A stretch of 64,000 nt of DNA from Eledone cirrhosa (GCA_964016885.1 OZ024740.1:174344001-174408000), one strand, 5' to 3'; shown: positions 12,503 through 27,911, counted from the first letter of the stretch. Notes: generated by a model not told the origin, from the sequence alone. Program-made: numbers and translations.

Positions 12503-15500
12503 CAAAGACCAACAATCACCAACACGAACACACAACCACCAACACAAACAACAAAACAAACACTACGACAATCCCCCCCCCCCCTAACCAGCAAAACAAA
12601 CACCAACACCACCCCAAACACAAATGCCCACCATAAAAAGAAAACTACAAAATGAACAACAAACCAAAACAACACAACAAAAAAAAAAAACAACAATACA
12701 CATACATTAACACAAACAACAAAAACCTAATGGAGATCATCTTCCAAGACCCCAAAGTATAACTGAGGGGAAAACCTTTGTCAAGGCAGACTCTCAACCA
12801 CACCTAAAACTGATAAGGGCTTCGATAGAAACCTATCAGAAATTAAAAGAACAATTTTCACAGGACGTTGGCCACCCCTGTCAAAAGCCCATTAACCGCG
12901 TCCTATTAAAATGTTTCCCCACCCCACGTGACCTAGGGATGCCCTGGAACAGGGCTAACTTTTAAACGACCTTAATTCACACGGTATGGATGTGATAGCC
13001 ATCACCGAGTCCAGGATCCACAACAGGCAGCAACTAACCCCCATCTTCAATGACTTTGAGATCTACGTATCTCTCTGTCAGCCAGGAGGGGGAGAGGGAG
13101 TGGCTGTCATGTTTCGGAAAAACCTGGACCTCGAAACACAGCAAGTACACTTGGACCCGGAGGGTAGACTGGTAGTCCTGGACGTGAACAGTCTTAGAGG
13201 TGGAGCCTTCAGACTGGTGGCCGTTTATGCCCCGACTGGGCAATCGCGGTCAGACTTCTTTAAACGTCTAGAGTCTTTTCTGGGAACGTCTCGCTCCTTG
13301 CTTTTACTGGGGGACTGGAATGGTATCCTAGACGCACGATGGGACTATGTAGGATCGTGTCCCAGTAGAGAGGGGTGCAACAGCCTCAAAAATTTAATCG
13401 GCCAGGTTCTTTATTAGAGAGAGTGACAAGAAGATGTTAAGCTGTCCACAAATGCATATGGTTGTCTATTCAGACCACAAACTAGTCATCTGCATAGTCA
13501 ACCGTGATAGAATACATAGAAAAGGACCCGGATACTGGAAGCCGAACGTGTCGCTACCGACACGTAAAGCCTACGGTGAACGGATAAGTAGATTAGTTAA
13601 GCAACAGTTGACTGGAGCCATCGTCAACAACAGATGGTGGTACTCTCCCAAGAAAGCAATTAGTCGATAGACTTTAGCAGAGAATTAGCCTTAGAGAAAA
13701 ACAAAACAGAAACAGAACTACTAGCCAAATTAAAAGAGGCGCTTAGGAGTGGCAACGCAGCTAGAGTGCTAGCAACGAGAACGGCACTGGACCAGTTCTT
13801 CGACGCGAAACACGAAGGCTGCATGTTCAGAAATAAATCACGTGCTCTAGGAAACGAGGGAACACAAGCTGTTAGCTGGGCCCGAGTGGCAGAGGTGAAA
13901 AGTGGCAACAAGTCCATGATTCGGTCTTTGAAAGACCAAAACGGACGCGTGCTACTTGACCCCAAGCGGATGTGCGCGGCCTTTCAGCGGCACTTTACGC
14001 AACTGTTCGAGCAGACTGGCGGTGCGTCGAACGGGGCAATAGACTTCGGTTCATACCCCGACGGCCTGCCGCGTCTCTTAAACATGGACGCCGAGTTCTG
14101 CGAATGACCGATCACAGCCACTGAGATAAGGGACGCTCTGGGCCGTTGCGAGAAACGCAAATCACTCGGTCTAGATGGTCTACCCTATGAGTTTTACATA
14201 GGGATGCCGGATTTGCTCTCTGGCGTCCTCGAAGCCGTCTACTGGCAGCAGAATGGGAGAATTCCCAGTTCTGCAGGCAGGGGCGTAGTAACGCTGATCA
14301 GGAAAGACGAGAACAAGGGGGACGAACTAAGCAGCTTTAGGCCCATAACTCTGCTCAACACAGAGTTAAAGATTTTGACCAAGGTGTTGGCAACGAGGTT
14401 GGCGCTTGTCGTCGAGAACCTGGTAGGGAAAGCGGAAACGTGTGCAATCCCGACCAGGTCCATACACGACAACCTCCACCTCATGCGATACATCATAGAG
14501 AGGGTGGGTGCAAATCCGGCTTCGATGGGGCTCTGATCAATTAGATCAGTCTAATGCATTCGATAGGGTCGACCATCAATACTTGGAAGCGGTTCTCAAG
14601 GCACCGGTTTCGGACCCGTCTTCAGTGGCTGGATCGCCGCAATGCACACCAACAACTGCTCGATGGTCAAGGTGAACGGCTACCTGTCGGAGCCGTTCGC
14701 AATCATGCGTTCCATCCGACAGAGATGACCTATGTCCTCCATTCTGTACGTAATGACTCCAGAGCCACTACTGCGAAAGTTGGAGCAGCTGCAGGGCATC
14801 TCGTTGGATCCGGGACTGCGGTGTCGGAAACCTCGGAAATCGGGGCGATCGGCAACTTACTGCAAGAATACGAAAGGCTAACAGGAGCAAAACCGAACCC
14901 GGACAAGTCTGTCGGTTTGCAACTCGGAACGTGGAGAGGCAAACCGATGCCGTCCGACAGCGTCGTCGGACGCTGGACGGACGGACCGGTAAATTGCTCG
15001 GGGTCTGGTACGGTCCGGACCTCCAGGTGGAGAAAAACTGGAACGAAATCACGGCCAAGGTATTTGCGCTCACCCAGAAGTGGGCAGAGTGAAAACTGTC
15101 CTTGAAAGGTCGAGCGGAGGTGGCGAACACTTTCATAGCGTCCGTCATCTACTTACCGCTTGACTGTCGTGCCTTGTCCCCGGGAACACCTCACCAAGAT
15201 GGAACGCATGCTCTTCCAGTTCCTTTGGAAGAAGCAGGCTCCACTGGTGAGGAGATCCGTCTGCTGTCAACACCCTTATAACGGAGGGCTGGCAATGCCG
15301 TGGCTAATGATGTGCAAACATGCGCTGAGGCTACGGGATCTACAGATATTCCTCACCGACCGCCAACCGGGGTCGGCAACGTTTGTGAGACAGGCTTTCC
15401 CGCAGCTTGTCTCGCTGACGGAGCTGCAGTCATGGGACAAGAAAAGACCGAAAACGATGGGCGCCTGGCACATTGAATGCTCTCAGGCGCTCACAGTCCT

Positions 15501-17540
15501 CTGGCAAGCGGTCACAGCAATCAGTGGAGACTCCACTTCGACATTCTCTAGAGGGATTGTACGTTACAAGGGCGACGACGTGCTCGGAGAAACTCGAGGC
15601 GTCGAAGACGATGAGCTCACCAGTCTGTTTGGTAGGCCTTTCCGCCTGGGACCTATGGACAACTTCCAGAGGTCCCTGGCCTGGGAGTGCTACCGATGAG
15701 CTCTACCAGTTCGAGACAAGATGTACAGGCACGGACGCCCCGGCAGGGATCCTTCCAAGAGGACGTGTCCAAGATGCGCGCAGGACATTGAAACCGTCTT
15801 GCTCGCAATTGTACACAGCCCGGGCGTAAGCGACCTGTGGAACTATGCAGAACAACTGCTGTCACGTATGGGACAAATCCAGTTGACTGCCGAGTCCATA
15901 GTAAGGATCAAACCGCCAGCCTCTTTCAAAAACGAAAGAGAGGTTGTTTTCCTCTGTACAGTGGCTATGGTGAAAGAGGTTATATGGTGGACGAGATTGA
16001 GAGGTCTGAGGACAGATGCCTTTCTCTCCGGACAACAACTCATTCCCTTCTTTAGATATCACTTTAGAAGGAGAATCAGAATGGAGAGAGAAGCACTGCA
16101 CCCCAGTAAATTTACTGAAAGGTGGGTGAATGTGGAAAAAATGGCCCGAGTGATTGGGCCTTCTCTGTATATAAACCTGTAGGTTGAAGAAGAGAGAAAA
16201 AGGAAGAAAGGAGCATTTGCACAACACGTTCCTGAAGTTGAGGGTTGTTCTATCGACGGGGTATTAAACAATCCATCTACTACCGCTTGACTGTCGTGCC
16301 TTGTCCCCGTGAATACCTCACCAAGATGGAACGCATGCTCTTCCAGATCCTGTGGAAGAAGCAGACTCCACTGGTGAGGAGATCCGTCTGCTGTCAACAC
16401 CCTTCCAACGGAGGGCTGGGCATGCCGTGGCTAATGATGCGCAAACATGCGCTGAGGCTACGGCATCTCCAGGTATTCCTCACCGACCCCCAACCGGTGT
16501 CGGCACCGTTTGTGAGACAGGCTTTCCCAAAACTTGTCTCGTTGACGGAGCTGCAGTCCTGGGTGAAGCGAAGACCGAAGAAGATGGGCGCCTGGCATAT
16601 TGAATGCGCCCAGGCGCTCACAGTCCTCTGTCAAGCGGTCACCGCAATCAGTGGAGATTCCACTTCGACATTCTATAGAGGGTTAGTACTTTACAAGTGC
16701 GACGACGTGCTCGGGGAGACAATAGGCGTCGAAGACAACGAGCTCACCATTCTGTTCAGTAGGGCTTTCCGCCCAGGGCCTATGGACAACTTCCAGAGGT
16801 TCCTGGCTTGGCAGTGCTACCGAGGAGCTCTACCCGCTCGAGATAAAATCTACAGGCACGGACGCCCGGCAGGGATCCTTCCAAGGGGACGTGTCCAAGA
16901 TGCGCGCAGGACATTGAAACCGTCTTGCACGCAATTGTACACTGCCCGGGCGTAAGCGACCTGTGGAACTATGCAGAACAACTGATGTCACGCATGGGAC
17001 AAATCCAGTTGACTGCCGAGTCCATAGTAAGTATCAAACCGCCAGCCTCTTTCAAAAATGAAAGAGAGGTGGTTTTCCTCTGTACAGTGGCTATGGTGAA
17101 AGAAGTTATATGGTGGACGAGATTGAGAGGACTGAGGACAGATGCCTTTCTCTCCGGACAACAATTGATTCCCTTCTTTAAGTATCTCTTTAGAAGGAGA
17201 ATCAGAGTGGAGAGAGAGGCACTGCACCCCAGTAAATTTACTGAAAGGTGGGTGAATGAAGCGAAAATGGCCCGAGTGATTAGGCCCTCTCTGTTTATAA
17301 GCCTGTAGGTTAAAGAAAAGAGCAAAAGGAAAAAGGGAGCACTTACACAACACGCTCCTGAAGTTGAGGGTTGTTCTATCGGCGGATTATTAAACAACCC
17401 ATTTGTGGCGCTTCCCCCCTATTGGGGATTTCGATTGTTATAATTGTTTGTTTCAATATTTTTTCACGACTGTATGTAAAACCCCCGGCATGTGTCTTTC
17501 TATTGTCCCCTTTCCTTGTGCGCCCTTGTGGCAAATAAAG
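12503..17540 (+). mobile_element. Degenerate L1/Tx1 LINE with tandemly repeated 3' ~1.1 kb
   Basis: ORF1 tail (12503-12910), disrupted APE/RT ORF2 to TAG 16182, partial 3' UTR to 16272. A second copy of the ORF2 3' end (16273-17308) follows, with a complete 3' UTR ending aataaagaaa. Close relative of the 43.8-kb copy. Confidence 0.9.
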
Positions 17541-17860
17541 AAATATATCTATAACATCTCTGTCTGACGACCGATCCAGACGTATAATATTATTGTCTGT
17601 GATCCAGAAACCTTTGGTAATGGAGTAGTTATATTTTGTGTTGTTCACTTTCTAATTAAATAGCTCTGTTCTATACATAGAGCACTCTTTTTTCCTTTGC
17701 TTTTTCCTTCGGAATTACCTAACACACACACGCGCGCACACACACATATGTATACTGTATATGTCATTAGACCAATTCAAATTGTAATAACTTTTTTATT
17801 TACTAAATATTAATTGAAAAGGTTATAATTTAAAATGGTTTAGTGACTTTTGGGCCACCC

Positions 17861-17960
17861 TATACATACATACATACATACATACATACATACATACATA
17901 CATACATACATACATACATACATACATACATACACACACATACACACACACATACACACA

Positions 17961-18020
<60 letters not shown>
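17861..18020. repeat. (TACA)n/(CA)n/(TA)n microsatellite
   Basis: Directly visible. Confidence 0.95.
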
Positions 18021-18024
<4 letters not shown>

Positions 18025-18428
18025 ATATTAACAAATGGAAACTATATTTATAAAACCATATTTATTTCATTATACATATTTCAAGGGCCACCAGAGCAAA
18101 CTATGGTGCGCTTTCATCAGATAAAATATAATATAGGTTAGTTTTATAAATAAATATTGACATATCCTTAAAATATGCAACCATTCTGGTTAAGGGTATG
18201 TCAATATTTATTTATAAAACTAACCTATATTATATTTTATCTGATGAAAGTGCACCATAGTTTGCTCTGGTGGCCCTTGAAATATGTATAATGAAATAAA
18301 TATGGTTTTATAAATATAGTTTCCATTTGTTAATATATTGTATATTTACTCCAATAATTTGTTGAGTGCTTTATATCAGTTATAAAAATATTTTGCTTGT
18401 TGTATCCCAACAAATTAAATATAACCTC

Positions 18429-18430
<2 letters not shown>
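18018..18430 (+). mobile_element. Fold-back solo PLE pLTR with HHR (family B)
   Basis: 18018-18171 is the reverse complement of 18190-18343, plus an ~85-bp tail. Flanked by (TA)n. Homologous to 51958-52110 and 52660-52770. Confidence 0.8.
18236..18295 (+). ncRNA. Type I hammerhead motif (inverted copy at 18066-18125)
   Basis: tttat CTGATGA aag.cacca..tggtg.ctt GAAA tatgta TA atgaa. Confidence 0.7.
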
Positions 18431-18504
<74 letters not shown>

Positions 18505-18520
18505 TAGATAGATAGATATA

Positions 18521-19195
18521 CGTGGGAAAGTAAATAATCGGAGAATAGACCGTTAAAACATGTTTATTTAAAATATCACCTACGTACGTTTCGCCCAGTT
18601 GGGCTTCTCAAGGGCATAAATAATCACAAGTGCTCCTTATATAGTTCGGAAAGAGTTTTGGGGGTTAAATCTACATCAAGATTCATTGCTCGCAAAAATA
18701 TCTTGTTTTGATTTTGCAGCAGGTCAAGGGAGGTAACTCTGGCCGGTGTTAGAGCAGTCTTTCCCGGATAATTTTTTTTTTTTTTTTTTCCCCGCCGCAT
18801 CGGTTTGTCTGAGGCTGGGTCTGGTGTGCAAGGATTGTTTTCTGGGTTGTATTTTGCTGCGCCTGCCCGCCGGGGTGTTAAGGCTTGTTGCAGGGAGATC
18901 CAGTGTACTATTTCACTCTTCATTCTTAACCCATCTAAAGAAGGATATTTTTAAGCGATGTGTACAACTTATCGCTGTTTCAGCTCTGCTGTTGATGAGC
19001 TCGTGGGGTGCAGTTATGATATGGTAGAGCTCCATGAGGCAAAGATCGCATTTCCTCTTGAAGTTGTACGGTGCAGCCCTGCCGACAATCTCCCAGTGCG
19101 TGGAGAAGCTGATGTTTAAGTCCTTTAGTGATGTGATGTAGTCCGCGAGCGAAGTGGAGTGCCTTAGTTTTCTATTTGTGAAAGAGTGGAGATGT
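18521..19195 (-). mobile_element. 3' end of a Nematis-like Penelope element (GIY-YIG C-terminus, 3' UTR, pLTR)
   Basis: HSFTNRKLRHSTSLADYI..LK....WEIVGRAAPYNFKRKCDLCLMELYHI......INSRAE...SCTHR. Homologous to 39405-40100. Confidence 0.85.
18577..18615 (-). ncRNA. Hammerhead motif, U3:A8 core variant
   Basis: Reverse complement: gccc TTGAGAA gccca-ac-tgggc GAAA cgtacg TA ggtg. Confidence 0.6.
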
Positions 19196-19218
19196 ATATA
19201 TATATAGATATATATATA

Positions 19219-19471
19219 TATTGAAAGAGGGAAGAATAACATGGTCAACAGTACAAAAAAGGTGTTTTTTTTGTACTGTCGACCATGTTATTCTTCACTC
19301 TTTCAATATTATTATTCAAAGATAAACTTACATAGGAATGCAAGAGAACTCATAAACTCGTCACCTACGGAAACCTCTTGTTGAGTCAAACAACGCCGTA
19401 CGCTAAAACTATCCACAATACGAAGTATTCACAACCTCTAACTGGATTTCCCATAACGATATTTTGTTATC

Positions 19472-19475
<4 letters not shown>
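19219..19475 (+). repeat. Short fold-back unit in (TA)n (probable pLTR remnant)
   Basis: ~40-bp-arm hairpin at 19219-19307. Its 3' part (19400-19475) recurs inverted at 22175-22252. Confidence 0.6.
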
Positions 19476-19534
<59 letters not shown>

Positions 19535-21446
19535 TATATATATATATATATATATACATATATATTCATATATATATATATATACATATATATTCATATG
19601 CTATTTCAAGTGTTAAACTAATATATTCCTTTCATATACTGTACTGATTGTGTTGTTATTTCTTTTTACCTTTTACATACATACATATATATATAGAGAG
19701 AGAGAGAGAAGAGAGAGAGAGGGGGAGACACAGAAGAGTGTGTTTCTCATTACAGGAATTTCGAACCACCAGCGTGAAGAGAATATAAGCTACTAAGAGA
19801 ATATAATAAGATGTATAATTAGCCCTAATACATATATAAGAGTCTCGCTATGAACATTGTCAGCTGGGATCGTGTTACAGCTTTCTCAGCAGCCGGTGGG
19901 AATGTTAGACTAAGGGTTTATGAATTTTATCAATATCAAATTCACTTGGAATACAATAACGAAAATTTCTCTTTTTAAATATATTAGTAACAAAAAGAAA
20001 CACAATGCTAGAAACTGATATATATATTTGAAGCCTACGGACTCCAGAAAATGCCTCTTTTTTTTACATCTCATCCAAATCACACTCGGGCCAATATTCT
20101 ACTTAATTTAATAATGCGAATCTGCACAATTGTCTCCAACCGATGAAAACATACTCACGATGAGAAAATATCCTTGGAATTTAATAAAAAATGGTAGTTA
20201 AAAAGCAAGACAGATTAATTAATATCTTGGAATGCCAAGAAATAAAAAGAAAAAAGACAAAATATTTATACCATTTTTTTCAACTTTTGATTCAAAGAAC
20301 ACAGAAATATATACACTCATACATATTTACTAAAGGACAACACAGTGAACAGCATCTTACAGAAATATCCAATTATAAAAAGTAAAAGACAAGTAAAATC
20401 AATAAAACAAATATTGATGAATGTAAAGTTGCATGCTGTAATTACTGATCCTAAAGTTAAAAAATGCAGCTAACCAACTTTCTCATGTGTACAGCTATCT
20501 ATTGCAACGACTGTTTTCAAAATTAAAAAAAATGACTGTTCGTGTAACTCACGTAATTTGATATAAATTATAACATGTAAAAGTTGTTATTTGTCAAACT
20601 GGTCTGACACTCCAACAAAGGATGACAGTACACCGTGAAAAAGTTAGGGAACCACACATCAGAAAATTGCTCTGAATCAACATATACAGAGTTGTGGGGG
20701 ACGATGTTTCCTCATTCTATCAATGCAGGTTTTTGACATCGGAACAACAGCGCATTAATAAGGAATTGTACTCTGTAATTAAATACGGACCAAAATTAAA
20801 ATTATTGTACATTGGTTAACATATTTAATTAAATTCATAGTGAAACCAGGGTTGCATCCATTGTCATGATTTGAATGTTCTTCTAATCGGCAACAAAGAT
20901 ACAACCAGTTGCGTCCCTCTTCTTAGAAAAGATGTAAGCGACACACGACAGCACGTGAAAAATATATTCAACATGACATACAACAACATGTGAAATATAT
21001 TGAACGCCAGCACAGGTAAAAATGAAACTTTAAAAAGCTGCTCATAGCAAAATCAATTAGTCCAAAAACCAATTAGATAATAATGATTATTTCTGAAAAC
21101 TCATATGTATTAATTTTTTTAAAATCTATAATTTATTTTGTATGAACTCGCTTGTTTTCATAGTGTAATGTAAATGTGCATGTATGTATAACTTACTTAT
21201 ACACACACGGACGTATAACACACACACATACACGTATAGCTCTATATACAAAACGTTTTTTTTTTTCCATTTCAGGTAGACGTGGTCCATCATCCACTTT
21301 TCTAAAAAAGTATATCATACACAAAATGCCAGCATTAACAGTTTTCCAAGAGATGGCAATATGAATGGACCTGTTATTTTTCTCTAAAAACATTTTTTCC
21401 GATTCCGCCCTGCTCGTCCCTTCAATCTTTCTAATTTCTCATTCTT

Positions 21447-21482
21447 TCTTCTGGTGAAGGACTAGCGTCCGAAACGTTAAGA
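21447..21482 (+). ncRNA. Minimal hammerhead motif (core CUGGUGA)
   Basis: tctt CTGGTGA a ggac-tagc-gtcc GAAA cg TT aaga. Stems I and II pair; stem III is the palindrome aacgtt. Confidence 0.6.
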
Positions 21483-21566
21483 CCCTCTTCCTGGTATTTC
21501 AAGTGTTAAACTAATATATTCCTTTCATATACTGTACTGATTGTGTTGTTATTTCTGTTTACCTTT

Positions 21567-22010
<444 letters not shown>

Positions 22011-22100
22011 TATATTGTATTTTAAAGTGCCCATGAAAACTATTTCCTTTGAGCTCATTTAATTACAGGATTATACGCGAGTCCTTTGCTCCGTTATTTT

Positions 22101-22180
<80 letters not shown>

Positions 22181-22353
22181 GATAATAAAATATCGTTATA
22201 GGTAATCCAATTAGAGGTTGTGAATACTTCTTATTATGGATAGTTTTAGCGTATATATATATATACTTCTATAGTTTTAGCGTATATATATATATATACG
22301 TTTAAATTTGGTGGTTTACATCATTCCGTTGGTATACATCTCTTACGCAAATT

Positions 22354-22411
22354 ACACTTGAAGATGTCACCAGGTTCTTACGTAACCTGGTCGCTGAAAT
22401 GTGTAAAGTGT
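22354..22411 (+). ncRNA. Degenerate hammerhead-like motif
   Basis: acac TTGAAGA .. accaggtt-cttacgt-aacctggt .. GAAA tgtgta aa gtgt, followed by AATAAA. Confidence 0.4.
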
Positions 22412-22466
22412 TTGCAGAAATAAATAATTAAAGAAATTCAACATTTTTGGCTTCCTGTAATTTCAC

Positions 22467-22803
<337 letters not shown>

Positions 22804-23594
22804 ATCATCATGTCGACGACCAGATATTGGCAACTAACTTGATAAGCTCTCAATGATTTCAATGGAATTTTGAGACAAAAAATAACGGCAGATTCCAGTT
22901 AATTTCCTCCGACTACTTTTCTACAAGACACCATCTTGTCAGCAGGGTACAAACAAGCTGATCTCACCTGCCTGAACTATGAGAACGCAGATGCAATACA
23001 CTACATGGCAAATTCCACTCACCCTTGTTAATTTGATGATTTTATCAATTACAACAATATGTCTATAGCTCTCTAATTAATAGTCTTGCAAATAAACTTT
23101 CACATTTGTTGTCATTTTACTCTCAGCTCCACTATGTAGACCGGCAGTAAAACTCATCCAAAATGTTCCCCCTCCTCTTCTCCATGACGTTTACATCATC
23201 CACTTTAGTCGTGGTTAACAAGTAACGAAAAGCCTTAAAATTACTAGGCCTCACATTTGCTAAATAACTTTGCTGGCAGTACCTCATGCATGTCATAGCT
23301 AAACCTTCATCATGTAAACATGTCTTCATTTTCAGCTCCGATAAATTCCTACCTCCCCTCTCGCCATAACAATGAAATAAGATCCTGAATAGTAAGCCTG
23401 AAGCACACTCAAAAATCATTGACCATATTTGAAAGATTGATTAGCAAATACTCACTTACCAACACACAACAACCTCTGGCTGACATAAGTGATGTCTCCT
23501 GTCTCTTCTTATTTGAACGCTACTACATCAATTCTTCTGAACTAGCTAATAGCATACCACCGCCACTATATATATATATATGTATATATATATA

Positions 23595-23900
23595 GTAATA
23601 ATAATAAATGTGAAGACTAAAATCCAAAGAGGGCTCGATAAGTATAAATATATATCAAATATATAAGAACCCTAGAGCAAATATTTATGAAAATAACAGA
23701 TTAAAGTTTAAGCAAAGAATCGCTGCTTTCACCCTTAACGGGATCTTCTGAAACTAAAAAAATCAATCTGTGAACGCAGAAGTAAATATTTCGAAAAACG
23801 TTGCAACCGAAGGAAAACAGGAAGACGTACTTTGGTTCCTGAAGACGTTCCCTGGCAATGAACGGGAAAAAAGCGAAGATAATACGTCGTTATGTTGTGC
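23595..23900. repeat. Interspersed pLTR-like repeat (family C)
   Basis: Homologous to the fold-back unit 37606-37870 and the stub at 8652-8685. CTGAAGA cgttc..gaacg GGAAA near 23839 is HHR-like. Confidence 0.55.
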
Positions 23901-23964
23901 GTGTGAACAATTACACTCAAAGACAAAACCACGTTTATGGTATAAATGGAGTCGTAGACTAATA

Positions 23965-25400
23965 TGCCCCTCTTGCACTGTGGAATAATTCTTTCGCGGT
24001 GATTTATTGGTTCAATGGCATATGCAATAAGGAACATTGCCGTTTTATCCAATTTGACATCAATAACTACTACTCCTCCATCACTTTACCACTTCTTCTT
24101 AGAGCTATCAATTTCGCTAAAACGCTCACGGTGGTTAAGGATTTCGAAGTTGATGTCATCCTCAATGCCCGTAAGTTGGTGGTTAATTTCGACAACTCTA
24201 TTTGGATAAAAAAATCTAATAGTAGCCCATTCGGCGTGAGTATGGGCGCCAGCTATTCGACGGAGGTTACAGATCTTATCGGCCTTTTCCTTCTTTTCTC
24301 TATCAAGGAAGAATTCCCCAATGTGAGCGGTGGTTTGTATCGCGATGACGGTCTTTTGAACATGACAAAGTGCGGTCCACACGCTTGCGACAGGTTCAGA
24401 AAAGAACTCACAGCCTTCTTTAAAGGTTGAGGCCAACCTATCGGTCGTTAATTACCTCGACGTTACCGTCAATTTGTCGAATGGCTTGTACTACCCTTAT
24501 AGAAAGAAGAATGATACGCTTGATTACATAAGTAAGCATTCTAACCATCCTGCCAGCATAACCAAGAACCTGGTAAGAAACGTTTCTTTGAGACTTTCCC
24601 GTCTATCTACTAACGAGTATATTTTCACCGACACTCCACATATTACAATGAAGCTCTTGCTCGGAGTGGATTTGTCGATAAGGTAGCATATACTAAGTAT
24701 GAGCATAGACCAGGGAAAAATAGATCCCGACGCATTATGTGGTATAACCCACCATATAATATGGAGGTGGCCACACCATTAGCTAAGATCTTTCTCTCCA
24801 TTATTAAGAAGCATCTCCCCTCAGCACATAAATAAAATAAAATTTTAAATAGAAATACCATTAAAATATCTTACTCTACGATTCCTAACCTTGCACATAA
24901 CATCACTGCTTCAAATTTACCTAAATTACGTAGCCGTAGTAACACGTGCAACCCTGTAGCTAGTACTAACTGTAATTGTAGGAATCGGGTTGACTGCCCT
25001 CTTTCCAGTAACATTGTCTACAAATGTAAGGTCGAAACACCCACGTCCTGTACGGCCTATATAGAGTTAACCGCTAATAGATTCAAGCAGCGTATTTACA
25101 TGCACACCCATTCTTTTCTTAACCCTTTAAGAAGGAATATGACGTCACTTTCTGCTTATATCTGGAGTCTAAAAGACAACCACACACAATATAAGATCAC
25201 CCTGGGAGATCCTAGCTGAAGCTAGATCGTATAACGGAAATAAAAGACTATGTGATCTTTGCGCCGCTGAAGCCCTGGAAATACTGTACGCCAATGATCA
25301 CATCTTAAACAAAAAGTCTGAGGCAATTTCGGCTTCTAAACACAAATTGCATAAAACTTTCCTGTATTACAGCCCCACATTATACCCTAACGGATAGTAC
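23965..25400 (+). mobile_element. 5'-truncated Nematis-like Penelope element (RT + GIY-YIG), degenerate
   Basis: FIQFDINNYYSSI, MGASYSTEVTDLIGLF, GGLYRDDGL, SNHP, WYNPPY, CNCRNRVDCPL and the C-terminal CDLC..E motif. Confidence 0.88.
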
Positions 25401-25944
25401 AATACGCGGATAATTTACGTCTTGATGTGGTAGCTAAGTATATTTTATGTTTATACCATTACTTATTTGTATACGTAAGTATATCTTACCCGTATGTTTT
25501 GTGAAGGTACGTATACTTTCTCGTACGTATATATGCTTATATTTGTTATAGGTGTATATGTTATATTATATATACTGATATATGTGTATATGGTTATGTG
25601 TATATGTGTATTTTGTGTTTGTGTGTATGCGTGTATGTGTGTTTTCACGTATGTAATATGTGTATATGCGTACATTGTGTTTTTGGTTGACGTACATTTG
25701 GCGAACATATATGTATTTACCTGTAGGTATGTGTGTGTGTGCGCTATATACGTATTTATGTGTGTATATTTATATACGTTTATATAATTATATGTATACA
25801 CTCATACACACATATATATTTTTTCATGTGTACTTGGTGTATACGTTCGTATGTGTGCGGATACATGTGTCGTGCGGATTTATGTATGTGTGCGTGTGTT
25901 TGTGTACTTGCATGTTTATGCATGCATGGCGGGTGTTTTCGCAT

Positions 25945-27192
25945 TTGCACGCGGAGTACTACAATACCGAACTAGATAAGGCAGGCCACTTAGATAGAGT
26001 AGAATATATAGATGAGAGCCTTTGCAAAGCACACACGAACACGCATAACACAAACTCCAGAAACACACACACATACGCATTTACGCATAGAACTACAAAT
26101 TATACTGAAAATAGAAATACAACGTCGAAATCAAACAGGTCACGCAGTAGAAAATATATTTGTTATAACCCCATATTTAACACCTCTATTAGTACTAACC
26201 TACCCTCTACCTTCTTTAGAATAATAAACAAGCACTTTCCAGATTCACATAGATACAGCAAAATCTTTAACACTAAATCTATTAGACTATCTTACTCCAC
26301 GGCACCAAACATAGAGGCACACATTAAGATGCTTAACGCTAAAAAGATACGTAAGAACACCGGAACACAAAGTTATAACAATAATAATACAATTACCATT
26401 GAACACAACAGAATATCTAATACACAACCACCCACTAATAGGCAAACAAAACGTAACACACTTGTACAGGCATCGCAGCCCACCAATAATGCCAAAGTTG
26501 CCCATCACAAGAATTGTAATTGCCACCTACCTGAAACCTGTCCATTACATAATGAATGTATGCAGTCTAACCTGGTTTACCAATGCACATTAGAATCAGA
26601 CAACCAGAAATGGTATTACATCGGAGCGACTGGGAATACATTTAAAGCTCGTTGGCATACAGACCGTTACGCAATGAAACATTCCCAGCATCGTTATGTA
26701 ACTACCCTTGCGAACAAGACCTGGCAACTGAGGGAAAGTAACCATCAATACACCCTGAAGTGGAAAAAATATTCGAACGCGCCCCCATATCGGAGTGGTA
26801 TGAGAAGCTGTCGGTTATGTGACCTTGAGCTGTTCCACATTTTGAGTTCGAAGAATAAGTTACACAACAATAAAATCGAAAGATCAATTTATTGTAACCA
26901 CAGACTCAAAGAAAAGTTTTCGCACTACAAGTGCAAATCGAACCCTTAACCTCTTACTACCACCTGACAAACTGCATATACTTAGACTCTCTACCCTCTT
27001 ATTGTATCTAACCCCTTTAATTACCCACAAAAACAAATACCTATATCCCTCCCTCCTCCTTCATTCCTTTTCTATTTCTTTTCGTTTTCTTCTTTTCTTC
27101 TCTCCCTTTTTTGCTATCTTTTCTTTTCTTCTTTCTCCCCCTCCCCTTCTTTATTTTTATTTTTTTAATAATTTTTTTTTATATATATATAT

Positions 27193-27257
<65 letters not shown>

Positions 27258-27690
27258 CCTCCCACTATAAACAATTTAATTCTCTTTAACTCCCTACACT
27301 GTAAATCGACGACATGAAGTCTACGAATCAAAACTGATCGAGGAATCCTTCCACTTCTACCCCTCCCTTCATCTCAGTTTGTCACTCTACTTCCTAATTC
27401 TTCTACCCCTTCCTCTCTCTCTATACTACTCCGTTTGTCAATCTACTTTCTAATTCCCCTTCCTCTCTCTCTATACTAGTAAATACAATTCCAAAAAATG
27501 TTTTTCTATATATTAAAAACTTTTTAAGAGTAACTTATTCACTATTTTGAAAATTTGGAGGTGTACAACAATTATTATTGAGTGGCTGCTATTTGCAATA
27601 TAAAGTTGCACTTACCAATGAAACGGTCGTAAATACCTGGATAAAATCCTTTTTTTAATGCTTACCTGTGTTTTCTCTTTTATCCTATAT
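25945..27690 (+). mobile_element. 3' part of a Nematis-like Penelope element (GIY-YIG ORF ending 26949, plus 3' UTR)
   Basis: YNPIF, KHFPDSHRYSKIFN, CNCHLPETCPLHNECMQSNLVYQC, WYYIGATGNTFKARW, CRLCDLE and CNHR. The N-terminal part of the 429-aa ORF is low-complexity read-through. Confidence 0.85.
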
Positions 27691-27691
27691 A

Positions 27692-27911
27692 TAAGGATCG
27701 ATCGACTTTCGTCAAATCGGACCGAGGAAACAATGTTTCCGTTGGTCTTTCCAGTTGCTAGTACTATCTATCGGTCGCAACTCCAGGTAGAAGGAGCAAC
27801 GTGAAATAAAGTGTCTTGCTCAAGGACATAACGCATCGCCCGGTCCAGGAATCGAACTCACAACCTCAACATTGTGAATCCAATTCTCTAACCACTCAGC
27901 TACACGCCTTC

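Noticed and set aside
12470-17560. TSD around the second LINE
   Set aside because: Only a taacat hexamer is shared, which is not significant.
21256-21364. Polypyrimidine-CAG acceptor suggesting a host exon
   Set aside because: The short ORF has no recognisable domain and lies just upstream of an HHR/pLTR-like unit. It cannot be supported without RNA data.
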